Of a stretch of DNA of 64,000 nt, positions 36,101 to 50,532 are shown in pieces. Location of the stretch: positions 3,120,996 to 3,184,995 of the forward strand of contig NC_064037.1 of assembly GCF_932526225.1 (NCBI RefSeq), written 5' to 3'. The notes under the pieces are model-generated. The model was given only the letters and a program-made list of their open reading frames with translations, did no database searches and was not told where the DNA came from. The stretch comes from Nematostella vectensis. Its lineage: Eukaryota. The translations under genes were made by a program, and so were the position numbers. The number at the start of each line of letters is the position of its first letter. The first letter of the stretch is position 1.

Positions 36101-39100
36101 ATGCGGTTCGCTCAGCTTGTCATGGGACCCGCGGGTAGCGGTAAGGTAGGTAATCTTGATTCTGGTCACGCGTTTTATTTCTATGCTGGAATTTGTTTAT
36201 TTCGACTCGCGCATTTTGTTGTCACATACACGTGTTCTTTGCTTAGCCTGCTAACCCAGCTCATGTGTGTTTATTGTGTTGTTTAGTCTACATACTGTAG
36301 CACAATAGTCAAGCACTGCGAGACGATTGGTCGCTCAGTACAAGTTGTCAATCTCGACCCAGCGGCCGAACACTTTACATACCCAGTGGCCATAGGTAAA
36401 AGCATCTGTAGAACAAATCCAACAAATCAGTATCCAATCAAACTAGTGTTACTCATAAAAAAAAGTGTGTAGAGGGATTAGACACTCATATGTGTGCATC
36501 TTTTAATACAGAGCCGTAGCAGGCCACGTAAGATTTGGGAGACACAATACAGAAACATCAAGAGGATATTTGGGGCACAGCCATGCTCCTCCTGGTCATT
36601 TCCTTATAATTTTTGAAAATTTTAGGGAGGCATATGCCCCCAGTGCCCCACCCCCTGCTATGGCCCTGTAACAGTTACTGTTACACTTACACCACCAACA
36701 ATAATACCCTTTGTTCTATTGGCTACCTGTGGAAATCCCCCATGCCCTCTTGGCTACCTGTGGAATCCCCCATGCCCTCTTGGCTACCTTTGGAACCTCT
36801 GTACCCTGTTTGTTGTGTCATATCCATCAATATAAAGCAATCAATGCTATTAGAGTAGTAGTTTAAGCAGTATGTGCTATGCAGGGTGAAATATTTTGTG
36901 TCTTGAATAAAGACTGAGTTGAATAGTGAATGGTTCTTTTACTACATTGCTGGTCAATGGTCAGCAAACGACTGACTCGCTAGTTACATGCTTGGTCATA
37001 AAATCAACTCAAATCACGCGTTACCAAGGTGACGGTAACAACATTACATTTCTCCCTTCTTTGGAGATAACCTAGCACATATATAATAGACGCAATTCAA
37101 ACTAAATTAAAGTATACAATCAAAATGACCTGGGGAAACTAAGTCCTTTAGTCTATCATTAGCTCTAAAAATAAGGGTACAGTAGTTTGCTCAGTTTTGA
37201 TTCTGAACTTGGTCACTTTTTCTATCAACAACTAAAATGTAAATGTCACATGAATATTTGTTACTCTCTCTCTCATATAGATATCAGGGAGCTTGTGGAG
37301 CTAGAAGATGTCATGGAAGCAGATGATTTAAAGCTCGGTCCAAATGGGGGACTTGTCTTTTGTTTAGAGTAAGTGTAGCCAAAACGCCAAGAAAAACATG
37401 GCTTTTGACTTGTTTAAGCTATACATGGTTTTCTTATCATTACAGATTTTTTGTACAGAATTTTGAGTGGCTGCAGGAACAGCTTGGGGAAAATGATGAT
37501 GACTACATCCTCTTTGACTGTCCAGGTTAAAGCTGAACTGTTGAATCCATATGACTAATTGATCTTAAATTGTCAATTGCACAAGCTTTGATACACAGAC
37601 AAAAGCTTAGGCCAAATCCTGGTTCAGATCGGATTTTTGCAGATGTTGAAACCTGACTCTTGACATTGGGGAATTTGAATTCCTCACCTTCTTTGAAAAC
37701 AAAATCCAATTAATGACACAGTAAAAATCACAACATGCAAAGATTGGTGAGAAAACAAATAATTAATTAAATCTTTAATAATTGGTCAATGTAGAAATAT
37801 TTCTTTCCTCAGGTCAAATAGAGTTATACACCCATCTGCCTGTGTTTAGACAAGTGGTGGAAACACTTCAACAGTGGGATTTCAGAGTGTGCGGGGTGTT
37901 CTTGATTGACTCCCAGTTCATGATAGAGTGTAGCAAGTTTTTCTCTGGAATTTTGTCAGCTCTAGCTGCCATGGTTCAGCTGGAAGTTCCTCATATAAAT
38001 GTCATGACCAAAATGGATTTGCTAACCAAGAAACAACTCAAGACAGTCCAAAAGTAAGTCAGACATCCTCAACTCCGTGGCATTCCACCAGGTAAACCAG
38101 CCCTGCCTTTTTCTCAGTCAGACATTCTCAACTCTCTGGTATTCCACCAGATTAATCAGTCCCTCCTTTTTTAGTCAGACATCCTCAACTCACTGGTATT
38201 CCACAAGGTCCACTTGACCCCCCCCCTTGCAGCCAGGCATTGTCAACTCTCAGGCATTCCACCAGGTCCATTTGACCCCCCCCCCCTTGCAGCCAGGCAT
38301 TGTCAACTCTCAGGCATTCCACCAGGTCCATTTGACCCCCCCCCCCCCCCTTGCAGCCAGGCATTGTCAACTCTCAGGCATTCCACCAGGTCCATTTGAC
38401 CCCCCCTTGCAGCCAGGCATTGTCAACTCTCAGGCATTCCACCAGGTCCATTTGACCCCCCCCCTTGCAGCCAGGCATTGTCAACTCTCGGCATTCCACC
38501 AGGTCCATTTGATCCCCCCTTGCAGCCAGGCATTGTCAACTCTCGGCATTCCACCAGGTCCATTTGACCCCCCCCCCCCCTTGCAGCCAGGCATTGTCAA
38601 CTCTCAGGCATTCCACCAGGTCCATTTGACCCCCCTTGTCTCTTAGTCAGACATCCTAGCATTTCCCATTGTTTCACTATTGTGTGACTGTGTGAGAAAT
38701 CTCTTCATTTTTTTAAGTATAAAATTATATAATAAAGTTGAACTCCTTGAATAGGAAATTTTTTTTTATTTGTTCAAGATATCTTGATCCAGATCCTCTA
38801 ATGCTACTAGAAGACCTTGGTGGCCAACTCAACAAAAAGTTCTGGAAGCTTAACAAAGCACTTGGTCAGCTGGTATGTAGCTTAACAAAGCACTTGGTCA
38901 GCTGGTATGTAGCTTAACAAAGCACTTGGTCAGCTGGTATGTAGCTTAACAAAGCACTTGGTCAGCTGGTATGTAGCTTAACAAAGCACTTGGTCAGCTG
39001 GTATGTAGCTTTGTTTCAAAGACCTCTACTAGAAAATTAAATGTTTACTTTACTGTTTAGCCCCCTGTCCAAATTCATACGGTAAATTGCACTATTGCCA

Positions 39101-40646
39101 CCCATTTCTACTATGTACCACCCCAGATAAAGTCTTACAGTTTTGATCTTCAGACACCCTTTCTTTAATCAAATGTTTTAACTCACAGCTGGCTATCTTC
39201 AAACTCGGCTAACTTGATTAGATGCCTAAAATTTGGCTTATATATTTACTTAAAGAATCATTTGTTGTTTATCATTGAAAATACAGCAGTTTATTCGAAA
39301 GAAAACTTCAAAATAACAATCTACAAATGAAGTCTGATATGTCATTGACGGTATTTGATTGAAAATATTTTGGTTACTTGCTTGAATTAGCTGATGGAAA
39401 TGGATGCTTTGTTTGACTTGCCATTGAGTGGGAGCATAAAATGGCGGCTTGATTGGCCTTCTTTAACGTAAAACAACTACTTGGTATTAATCTTTGAGTT
39501 GAATAAACCATTTTCCATTCTAGAAAATATCAATAATGCTTGTTAACAATTCCTACTTTTGGCACCATTTGGACAGATATATACACCTATTTTAAATAAG
39601 GTTGCACTCGGAGAATCTATTTGTTGTAACCCGCAATGCTTCGTAGATTTCAAATAAATAGCAAAATAAGCCTAAATATAAACAAACACAGGATTAGAAA
39701 GCTTTATCATTCTTGTTTATGTACCTCTAAACGTTCACACAGCATTCAGAGACCAACCACACTATTCATTGGGGTTATATGTACTCATGAGCCACTGTAG
39801 ATTATGATACATTAATTCACAGGTGCAATCTTAATCGAAACAGGTGTATATGAACACTTTTGATTGACAAAATAGTATTTGAAAGTTGAAATTTGAGTCT
39901 TTGGACTGGTATACAGTAGTATGGCAGTATTGTTATCAGAAACTGAATCATTCAGTTATTTACGTGGTGTGGTCAACCTCTTGTTGTTCCACATCGCAGA
40001 TTGAGGATTACAGCATGGTTACGTTTCTACCACTTAACCCCGAAGATGAGGACTCTGTCACAGATGTGCTTCAGCAGATAGACCATGCAATACAGTATGG
40101 AGAGGACCTCGACATCAAGACAAGGGTAAGCACTATCTGCTCTTTGTATATACAGTAGCTGTTTCAAAAAGGTTGCTGTAAATCCCTACGCATCCAGGCT
40201 TCTGCATGTTGCTCAAGTTTGCAAGTTATAGTTAGCTATAGACATTCATACTAGATTTCAGCCAAGCTCTGTTTTGTTGAATATAGCATATAAAGCAACG
40301 AGGTATCATCACTAAAGACTATTTTGCTTCTACCCAAACTGCCTTTCAGTATGGGCGCATATGTAGGCTTGAGTGACTAACAACCTTTATTGAGATAGTT
40401 ATAGACTGATTTATGCAGTATATAGTCATTGACCAGCAAAGACTGATGCACATTGGAGAAGGCTAATAGTGTGTAAGCACTGTGAACAAAGTTGATCTAA
40501 ATGCTATTTAAATCAGTCTACCCAATGGACCCAGAACTTCTGTATTGCTTATCACCACTTACCACTAAAAAAGATGTTTGATTTTGCAGGATTTTGAATA
40601 CAATGAGCCAGAGGAAATTGAACACCCTGAATATGATGACAGCTAA
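36101..40646 (+). CDS. GPN3: GPN-loop GTPase 3, 8 coding exons: 36101-36145, 36287-36395, 37281-37368, 37446-37525, 37813-38053, 38779-38872, 40000-40125, 40590-40646 (TAA 40644-40646); about 279 aa
   Basis: Translation [15 protein letters not shown]|[36 protein letters not shown]|(D)[29 protein letters not shown]|[27 protein letters not shown]|[79 protein letters not shown]|(K)[31 protein letters not shown]|[42 protein letters not shown]|[18 protein letters not shown] is near-collinear with remembered human GPN3 (P-loop, GPN motif, acidic tail). Confidence 0.9.
38060..38645. repeat. About 60-bp minisatellite x~9 in GPN3 intron 5, whose first unit starts at the exon 5 donor (gtaagtcagacatcctcaactccgtggcattccaccag...)
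   Basis: Units ...ttgcagccaggcattgtcaactctcaggcattccaccaggtccatttgaccccccc; creates artefact ORFs at 38214-38646. Confidence 0.8.
38849..39008 (+). repeat. 32-bp tandem repeat x5 made of the last 24 nt of GPN3 exon 6 plus the first 8 nt of the intron (cttaacaaagcacttggtcagctg|gtatgtag), giving 5 tandem donor sites
   Basis: Direct reading; the unit is 32 bp, not a multiple of 3. Confidence 0.85.
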
Positions 40647-40802
40647 CCTCAATTGCTAACAGAAAATATTCATTTACAACATTTTAAGCATATAAATGCA
40701 TGTAGAAAAAGGGTGGTGAGGATTTCCTTTCACCAAGTTTTTGTTTCTGTTGTAAAAACATAAGACTTTATGCTAATGCTAATTTCTCAAATGTGCTTTT
40801 TA

Positions 40803-41170
40803 AGAAGGTTAGATCACAGGCTTACCAACCTTTCAGCCAGTCTCCAGTCAATCCCAGTAACAAGCTCGAATATTTTCACAATTGATCACCTCCTGTAATT
40901 GTCCTATAATTGTCTTTTATCCTAGAATAAAAGTCCCAACAAACTCTCATTGCTTTGTGATGTGTATTTATTCAGAAAAGGCAGGTATTTCTAATACCGC
41001 TTTATATAATAATATAAATATAATGATACCGCTAATAAGTTTGAACAGTTGAGGGATTTTGCTATACTTGATGCCTCTCAAAATAAGTATTATACTTATT
41101 CGAGCTTGTTACTGGGATTGACTGGAGACTGTCTGAGAGGTTGGTAAGCCTGTGGTTAGAGCAAGTTCAA
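40803..41170. repeat. Long inverted repeat (~70-bp arms: cttaccaacctttcagccagtctccagtcaatcccagtaacaagctcgaata / tattcgagcttgttactgggattgactggagactgtctgagaggttggtaag) with a ~220-bp loop, 3' of GPN3
   Basis: The arms are reverse complements by direct reading. Confidence 0.7.
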
Positions 41171-41865
41171 CAACAGATTAAATCTCAATTTTTTATTTGC
41201 AAAATGAGGTAATTTAGTAGAGGTACACATGTAGATATAGTTTACACTCATGTTAAGTATAGAAAACTGATTCTGATACAAATCAGACTACTGTTTAGTT
41301 CAGTAATGTATGAACCATTTTTACTAGTTAGCCAATATTTGCCATGATGCAGTGACATCACCTACTATTACCAGCCACTTAATAAATAGAGCAGTTAACT
41401 AACAATGACTGAATGATCACTTGCTCGGTAAAAAAAGACTATTTTTGATTAACACACAGGCCTGCAAAGGTCGGGACCTATTTAAAGCTCAGTAATTCGA
41501 CATCAAAGATAAGTGTTGCATTTGGTGGGATAGTGAAAAATGTCAAGGATAAACACATGGCACACCTATCAGTCTTCTTATTAGTATGTTAGTACTTTGA
41601 GTAAACTGTGCTGAAGATGGCTCTATCTTTAATTAAACATATCTTTTATAGAGTATGCAAAAATGCTGAGTAAATTGTAGAGTTTGCAATGGGTTGATCA
41701 CATTTTTAGGTACTGTAAAAAGGCTATTATGTAGAGCATGCAAGAGAGCATGAAGGGGTATCATATCTTTAGGTAAAAAGGTTATTTTGTAGTGTTAGCA
41801 AGGGTGCTAAGGGGATTTATAATAATTTTTTTGCAAAGGTATTAGGTACTGGAAAGACTAGTCCT

Positions 41866-43922
41866 TTATTCATTTAAACATAGAAGAAAAGGATATACTC
41901 CTGGGTAGCCTTTGGGTCCATAAGCGTAGTCAGGAGTGCATGTCAAAGTGGCCTTTTGTCCCAAACTCATCTGAAATACAAATGCAGACCATATCACAAT
42001 TATTTGATTTAATACAAACAAGTCATAAAACATTTACAGATGATTCATAAATGTACACCATATTACAAAATTTGATATGATACAAACACACCATTCAACA
42101 TTTTTGATAGTGATACATAACCGGTTATCCCAAACTCATCTGAAATAGAAATGCATACCATATCACATTACTGGATATGAAACACACTCATAAAACATTT
42201 ATGATACATAAATTGTTAACTCATTTAGAATACTTATGATATGGCACAAAAATGCCTATATTATTGATAAAATTTTGAGATGCTGCCATCCTCAAATTTA
42301 TTTATATATGACTTGGTTCTCAACTCTACACCAATGTACAGATTGGTCAACATACTAACAAAACCAAACTCTCTACCCCCAAAGGGACCCAGGCAAAACA
42401 TGTTCTTTCAAAGTTTCCCCTTAGCTACTCATTAGTCAAAGGTATGTCAGAAAAGGGTCAGAGATAAGCAATGTACCATCACCAATTTTTTTATTGCAAA
42501 AGTTTGTATGATAGCATGTTATAGAATATTTATTCCAAGAGGAAGGGAAGGAATGTTAGTGATGGCATAACTTTGTTATTCTGTAATAGACACACATTAC
42601 AGTTTGTTTGACTATGCTTACCTGTGCAACACCCTCGTCCCAACCTGGATAAAATATAATCTTTAGTTACCTGGCTGGTTCAATAGAAAGAAACTAACAG
42701 ATATTAGGTGCCAAAAGATAAAATTTATCATATGTTTGGGCAATCGTTAATAATTGATGGCAGTAAACCTGTCAGGTCATCCAATTGATACCAATTAATT
42801 AGGATTATCAATTGATTTTGATATATATATTTTTTCAATATCAGTTTTTATTGATTTAACAGGTTGGGATAATTAGTATAGCCTCCTGTGCAGCTGACTT
42901 CTGCCATGCACCGAAAGTTCTAATGCACTAGTCATTTGAAACCCCCACCCCCGGTCCTGGGGAAGTGTGGGGTTGACGTGGGGGTTTAGAGCACTTTTGA
43001 ACAAGAATTTGTCCCGAGGGGGTCTCCACAATGGGGGCTTGGGGACAAATGACTAACATCACAAATGTACTCTGCAAAAGTCATGTCAGTTTATGGTTTG
43101 TTTTCTCGGTTTTGTACAAGGTCAAAGTCTAATTCCCCACCCTTCCCCTGGGCCATGGTGGTGGGGGTTTCAATTGACTAGTGCATAAGAACTACTATTT
43201 CACCATTGCTTGGAAGTCGAACGCAATCACTGTTGGGAAATTTTGCAGCTTCTTGTACTCGATTTTGTTCGATTACCCTACCACTCGTTAGACTGCGTCC
43301 GTTTCCGAGTATTCCCATCTTTCAGTTTTGTACAACGCATATATTACATATCGGTGATGATAGAGAGAACAAAAAATATACATTGATTGTGCCTCCATCC
43401 CGGCGAATTACTCTAAAAAACGATAAATCAACTATACACACTTTGATCATATGGAGTGTGACATCGTCTATATATGATGGACTATGTCATATACTTCAGC
43501 CAACTAAGGTTAAAAAATCACACGTGAAGAGTAAAAGTACTGGTGTAGTAGTTTATCCTGTGTTCTATTTAATTTTCACCTTTTATAACTTGTCCTGCAC
43601 CTAGCTTGAACTGGAATGGCTTTCCCCGATCCCTCGATGAGTCGAATTTTTTCCCATCCGTCAAAGTTCCTGCAGTGATATTATCGATCCTTAGAAAGTG
43701 AGGGTTTCAAGGTTTATGGAAATTAGAGCAATAAGTAAGAGCCTTAGCTCGATTCTTACCGGTGTAGTGAACTGAAACGGTTTGCCCTGCTTTCGGAAAG
43801 CTCTTACCTGGAACGAAAGCGATGCCAAGTCAATGTTGAAAAAATAGGTGACTTAAATAGATGAATATGATATATTATTATTTACCATCTCCTGGCTGGA
43901 CGGTTTTGACGTCAACTCCCAT
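41866..43922 (-). CDS. FKBP1: FKBP12-type peptidyl-prolyl isomerase-like, 5 coding exons: 43886-43922 (ATG 43922), 43759-43806, 43580-43669, 42622-42644 (23-nt microexon), 41866-41970 (TAA 41866-41868); about 100 aa
   Basis: Translation [13 protein letters not shown]|[16 protein letters not shown]|[30 protein letters not shown]|WDEGVAQ|[34 protein letters not shown] matches FKBP1A/1B from memory up to ...GHPGV. The C-terminus is about 8 aa shorter ([11 protein letters not shown] versus [19 protein letters not shown]). GT-AG junctions and phases are consistent. Confidence 0.65.
42915..43190. mobile_element. MITE family C (TIR gcactagtcatttgaaaccccc ... gggggtttcaattgactagtgcat), about 275 bp; a related 5' end is at 5380-5470
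   Basis: 22-bp terminal inverted repeats; internal G-rich sequence. Confidence 0.65.
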
Positions 43923-44559
43923 TTTTATCCTGCAAATTTGGAATCTTCCTCAAGCCACGAGTGTCAAGCGAAGTAGACCGAGCGATCAGCACCCAGCATG
44001 CTTTGCCGGTTAACGCCCAAAGTATATTTGAGAAGGGGTGGAGAGAGTCTTCCCCACCTACCCCTACTGAGTACTCATCGCTGGTCAAAATTTTAGTGGG
44101 CTCTGATGAATTTCTTTTTGTTTTGATGATCCTTCGATTGTAACAGTAAAACTGGCTGCATTCTTTTTAAATCTTATTCCTTTCTTAACCTTGTGATATA
44201 AAAGCGATGGAGACTTTATAAAGATTCTTCGGATTTAATTTTGGCTGTAGCGGAAAAAAGATTTTGTGTTTTTACTGGTAGAGAAAAGTGGCAAATTTCC
44301 AAAGGCCGTTTCTATAGAACTGTTTTTACTGGCAGATCTTAAAACGGCTTTTTTATTTGGTAGAAGAACAGCACTAGTTCTGGGAGACTACGGTAAGGTT
44401 TAAATATAGGTAACATGCTACTTCATACAAAGACGCCTTTACAAATTAGTGCAGCTTCCTTGTTAAGTTTAACTAGCGAACACCATGGCCAGGAAATCAA
44501 ATAAAACCTCTCACTGTTCAGGAGGGGGGGGGGGGGAATTTTGCAAGCCAATCCAGCCA

Positions 44560-46177
<1,618 letters not shown>

Positions 46178-47179
46178 TACACCCCAGTTTAGACTTGCTG
46201 TTACCATAAACATATTCAGGGATATACAACAGCATGATGGGTCTGTATAGCCAGTTGACTATTTAAGTATGACTTCTTTGCCTTTATGGTAGCATAAGAA
46301 ACCAATTTAACTGTACTGTATTTGTACAAAAAGTGTTTGGTCTTGTTGTATTGGTACTAATGCAGATGTAAATAGAATAGTAAAAAGCATATTTACTCAA
46401 ATAAGCTGTCAGGGTATTCACAAAAGGGTGCTGACACACACAAGGGCAAGCGACTAGAGTGGGGCAGGTGGAGGGGGGGGGGGGGGGTCAGGACCTCATT
46501 CTTATCAAGTAAATACGCTTGAAGGTTTAAAAAAGGTTAATTATAAAAATAGTAACAGAATAATCATTAGATAATATATACCCTTGCCACCTTCCAAAAG
46601 GAATAGAGGGAGCATGTCAAATAAAACTCATGTACTTTGTAGGCCATTTGCTATCATAATGTGGCTAGTTTTTATTCAACATCCCTTTTCTCGACAACAT
46701 ACAATATTTACATAAAAATGGACTAGCAGGTAGTCTAATATCAGGAAAAGCTACAGTATGAGTGCTTTCCATAAAAAAAAACTGATACTTTAGTCATCTT
46801 GTTTATGCAACACTTCAAAGTGTAGAGTGACAATGCTAGTTCATGGTTGTATATTCTAGCAAATGAATGCCTTTGTTTATCCTGGTTATAATTGCCATGT
46901 GGGACGAACTTTTTTTTTTCAAACAAACACAAGATGGTCTTAGATTGGGGCACTTGACTCTGACGATCCTGAGAAAAAAAAAGAGAATAAAGTTAAGTTG
47001 GGGGAAAATAGTGTAATGATGAAGTTTACATTTTGTAAAATAGAAAGAGAATAAACAAGTCAAAGTTATCATGGGTGATTGAAGGTAACAAATGGTGTGT
47101 CCCTCAGTCTGAAACCTGAAAAGTCATTTGCCTAATGTGCATATGTTGCCAGTCAGTTCCCTCCCCTCTTATTGGTCAT

Positions 47180-49990
47180 ATGTACTGTAAAATTTGTCTC
47201 ATCAACCTATTGCCCTCACTCAGAAGACTGTGTTATGCACACCCTCTAACCTCCCCTCTTCTTGGTCATCCCCCTTAGAAGACTGTGTTATGCGCACCCT
47301 TCAACCTCCCCTCTTCTTTGTCATCCTCCTCAGAAGACTGTGTTATGCGCACCCTTCAACCTCCCCTCTTCTTTGTCATCCCCCCTTAGAAAACTGTGTT
47401 ATGCACACCCTCTAACCTCCCCTATTCCTGGTCATCCCCCATTAGAAGACTGTGTTATGTGCACCCTCTAACCTCCCCTCTTCCTGGTCATCCCCCCTTA
47501 GAAGACTGTGTTATGCACACCCTTCAACCTCCCCTCTTCTTTGTCATCCTCCTCAGAAGACTGTGTTATGCGCACCCTTCAACCTCCCCTCTTCTTTGTC
47601 ATCCTCCTCAGAAGACTGTGTTATGCGCACCCTTCAACCTCCCCTCTTCTTTGTCATCCTCCTCAGAAGACTGTGTTATGCGCACCCTTCAACCTCCCCT
47701 CTTCTTTGTCATCCTCCTCAGAAGACTGTGTTATGCGCACCCTTCAACCTCCCCTCTTCTTTGTCATCCTCCTCAGAAGACTGTGTTATGCGCACCCTTC
47801 AACCTCCCCTCTTCTTTGTTATCCTCCCTTAGAAGACTGTGTTATGCGCACCCTTCAACCTCCCCTCTTCTTTGTCATCCTCCTTAGAAGACTGTGTTAT
47901 GCACACCCTTCAATCTCCCCTCTTCTTTGTCATCCTCCTCAGAAGACTGTGTTATGCGCACCCTTCAACCTCCCCTCTTCTTTGTCATCCTCCTCAGAAG
48001 ACTGTGTTATGCGCACCCTTCAACCTCCCCTCTTCTTTGTCATCCTCCTCAGAAGACTGTGTTATGCGCACCCTTCAACCTCCCCTCTTCTTTGTTATCC
48101 TCCTCAGAAGACTGTGTTATGCGCACCCTTCAACCTCCCCTCTTCTTTGTCATCCTCCTCAGAAGACTGTGTTATGCGCACCCTTCAACCTCCCCTCTTC
48201 TTTGTCATCCTCCTCAGAAGACTGTGTTATGCACACCCTTCAATCTCCCCTCTTCTTTGTCATCCTCCTCAGAAGACTGTGTTATGCGCACCCTTCAACC
48301 TCCCCTCTTCTTTGTCATCCTCCTTAGAAGACTGTGTTATGCACACCCTTCAATCTCCCCTCTTCTTTGTCATCCTCCTCAGAAGACTGTGTTATGCGCA
48401 CCCTTCAACCTCCCCTCTTCTTTGTCATCCTCCTCAGAAGACTGTGTTATGCGCACCCTTCAACCTCCCCTCTTCTTTGTCATCCTCCTCAGAAGACTGT
48501 GTTATGCGCACCCTTCAACCTCCCCTCTTCTTTGTTATCCTCCTCAGAAGACTGTGTTATGCGCACCCTTCAACCTCCCCTCTTCTTTGTCATCCTCCTC
48601 AGAAGACTGTGTTATGCGCACCCTTCAACCTCCCCTCTTCTTTGTCATCCTCCTCAGAAGACTGTGTTATGCACACCCTTCAATCTCCCCTCTTCTTTGT
48701 CATCCTCCTCAGAAGACTGTGTTATGCGCACCCTTCAACCTCCCCTCTTCTTTGTCATCCTCCTCAGAAGACTGTGTTATGCGCACCCTTCAACCTCCCC
48801 TCTTCTTTGTCATCCTCCTCAGAAGACTGTGTTATGCGCACCCTTCAACCTCCCCTCTTCTTTGTTATCCTCCTCAGAAGACTGTGTTATGCGCACCCTT
48901 CAACCTCCCCTCTTCTTGGTCATCCTCCCTCAGAAGACTGTGTTATGCGCACCCTTCAACCTCCCCTCTTCTTTGTCATCCTCCTCAGAAGACTGTGTTA
49001 TGCGCACCCTTCAACCTCCCCTCTTCTTTGTCATCCTCCTCAGAAGACTGTGTTATGCGCACCCTTCAACATCCCCTCTTCTTGGTCATCCTCCTCAGAA
49101 GACTGTGTTATGCACACCCTTCAACCTCCCCTCTTCTTTGTCATCCTCCCTCAGAAGACTGTGTTATGCGCACCCTTCAACCTCCCCTCTTCTTTGTCAT
49201 CCTCCTCAGAAGACTGTGTTATGCACACCCTTCAACCTCCCCTCTTCTTTGTCATCCTCCCTCAGAAGACTGTGTTATGCGCACCCTTCAACCTCCCCTC
49301 TTCTTTGTCATCCTCCCTCAGAAGACTGTGTTATGCGCACCCTTCAACCTCCCCTCTTCTTGGTCATCCTCCCTCAGAAGACTGTGTTATGCACACACTT
49401 CAACCTCCCCTCTTCTTTGTCATCCTCCCTCAGAAGACTGTGTTATGCGCACCCTTCAACATCCCCTCTTCTTGGTCATCCTCCTCAGAAGACTGTGTTA
49501 TGCGCACCCTTCAACCTCCCCTCTTCTTGGTCATCCTCCCTCAGAAGACTGTGTTATGCGCACCCTTCAACCTCCCCTCTTCTTTGTCATCCTCCCTCAG
49601 AAGACTGTGTTATGCGCACCCTTCAACCTCCCCTCTTCTTTGTCATCCTCCTCAGAAGACTGTGTTATGCGCACCCTTCAACATCCCCTCTTCTTGGTCA
49701 TCCTCCTCAGAAGACTGTGTTATGCACACCCTCCAACCTCCCCTCTTCTTTGTCATCCTCCTCAGAAGACTGTGTTATGTGCACCCTTCAACCTCCCCTC
49801 TTCTTTGTTATCCTCCTCAGAAGACTGTGTTATGTGCACCCTTCAACCTCCCCTCTTCTTTGTTATCCTCCTCAGAAGACTGTGTTATGTGCACCCTTCA
49901 ACCTCCCCTCTTCTTGGTCATCCTCCCTCAGAAGACTGTGTTATGCGCACCCTTCAACCTCCCCTCTTCTTGGTCATATATAAATAACCC
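47180..49990. repeat. 2.8-kb minisatellite: 56-bp unit x~50 (cagaagactgtgttatgcgcacccttcaacctcccctcttctttgtcatcctcct)
   Basis: Direct reading. Each unit ends in a polypyrimidine tract plus CAG (acceptor-like). The 549-832 aa plus-strand ORFs here are artefacts. Confidence 0.9.
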
Positions 49991-50416
49991 AACCCATCAA
50001 CCTTAGTATAGTTAGACCTTCCTTAGAAGGCACACAAAATCAGCCCCAGCCTTCTTCCATATACCCAGCCTCATCAACCTTAGTTAGCCCTCACTCAGGA
50101 GACTGTCATGTATACTGAACCCCTGCCCCCTGGTAACACAAGCATGATATCAAGATATATGATATCATGATATTTTATTTCAAGACAGTCTTAGTAATAT
50201 AGCTAAATACTAAGAAAGGGAACAAGTGCAGGGATGATGGAAAATCTAACATCAACTAACACCTACCATTTTCAACTACATTTTCTTCTTGTTTGAGTGT
50301 CTGAAAAGTAAATTGCAATTTTAATACTAAAAATCTAAAACTAGAACAATTATGTACTGTACCAAACCATGATCTCTAGGTAGCCAAGTAGCATCTGAGT
50401 GGACATGTTTACTTAC

Positions 50417-50532
50417 AGGTAATTCTTGTGCTAGTTGACTGACTACACTCTCTAGGTAGTCAGGCAGTGGCTTGAATGGGTTTGAGCTTGGCTGGAAGAA
50501 GTGTTGGCTTCGACGAGCAAGCAACCTCAAAG
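50417..50532 (-). other. Orphan exon-like segment on the minus strand with a strong acceptor (aattttcag) and donor (CCT|gtaagt); open only in one frame (LRLLARRSQHFFQPSSNPFKPLPDYLESVVSQLAQELP)
   Basis: Splice signals and one open frame; it lies 3' of the stop of the neighbouring minus-strand gene, so gene membership is unresolved. Confidence 0.25.

Noticed and set aside
43206-43604. 132-aa plus-strand ORF
   Set aside because: It lies antisense to and overlapping FKBP-like exon 3 and its introns; no family similarity; low-complexity.
47194-50006. Plus-strand ORFs up to 832 aa (LCTPFNLPSS...)
   Set aside because: Periodicity artefact of the 56-bp x50 minisatellite; no start context and no protein-like composition beyond the repeat.
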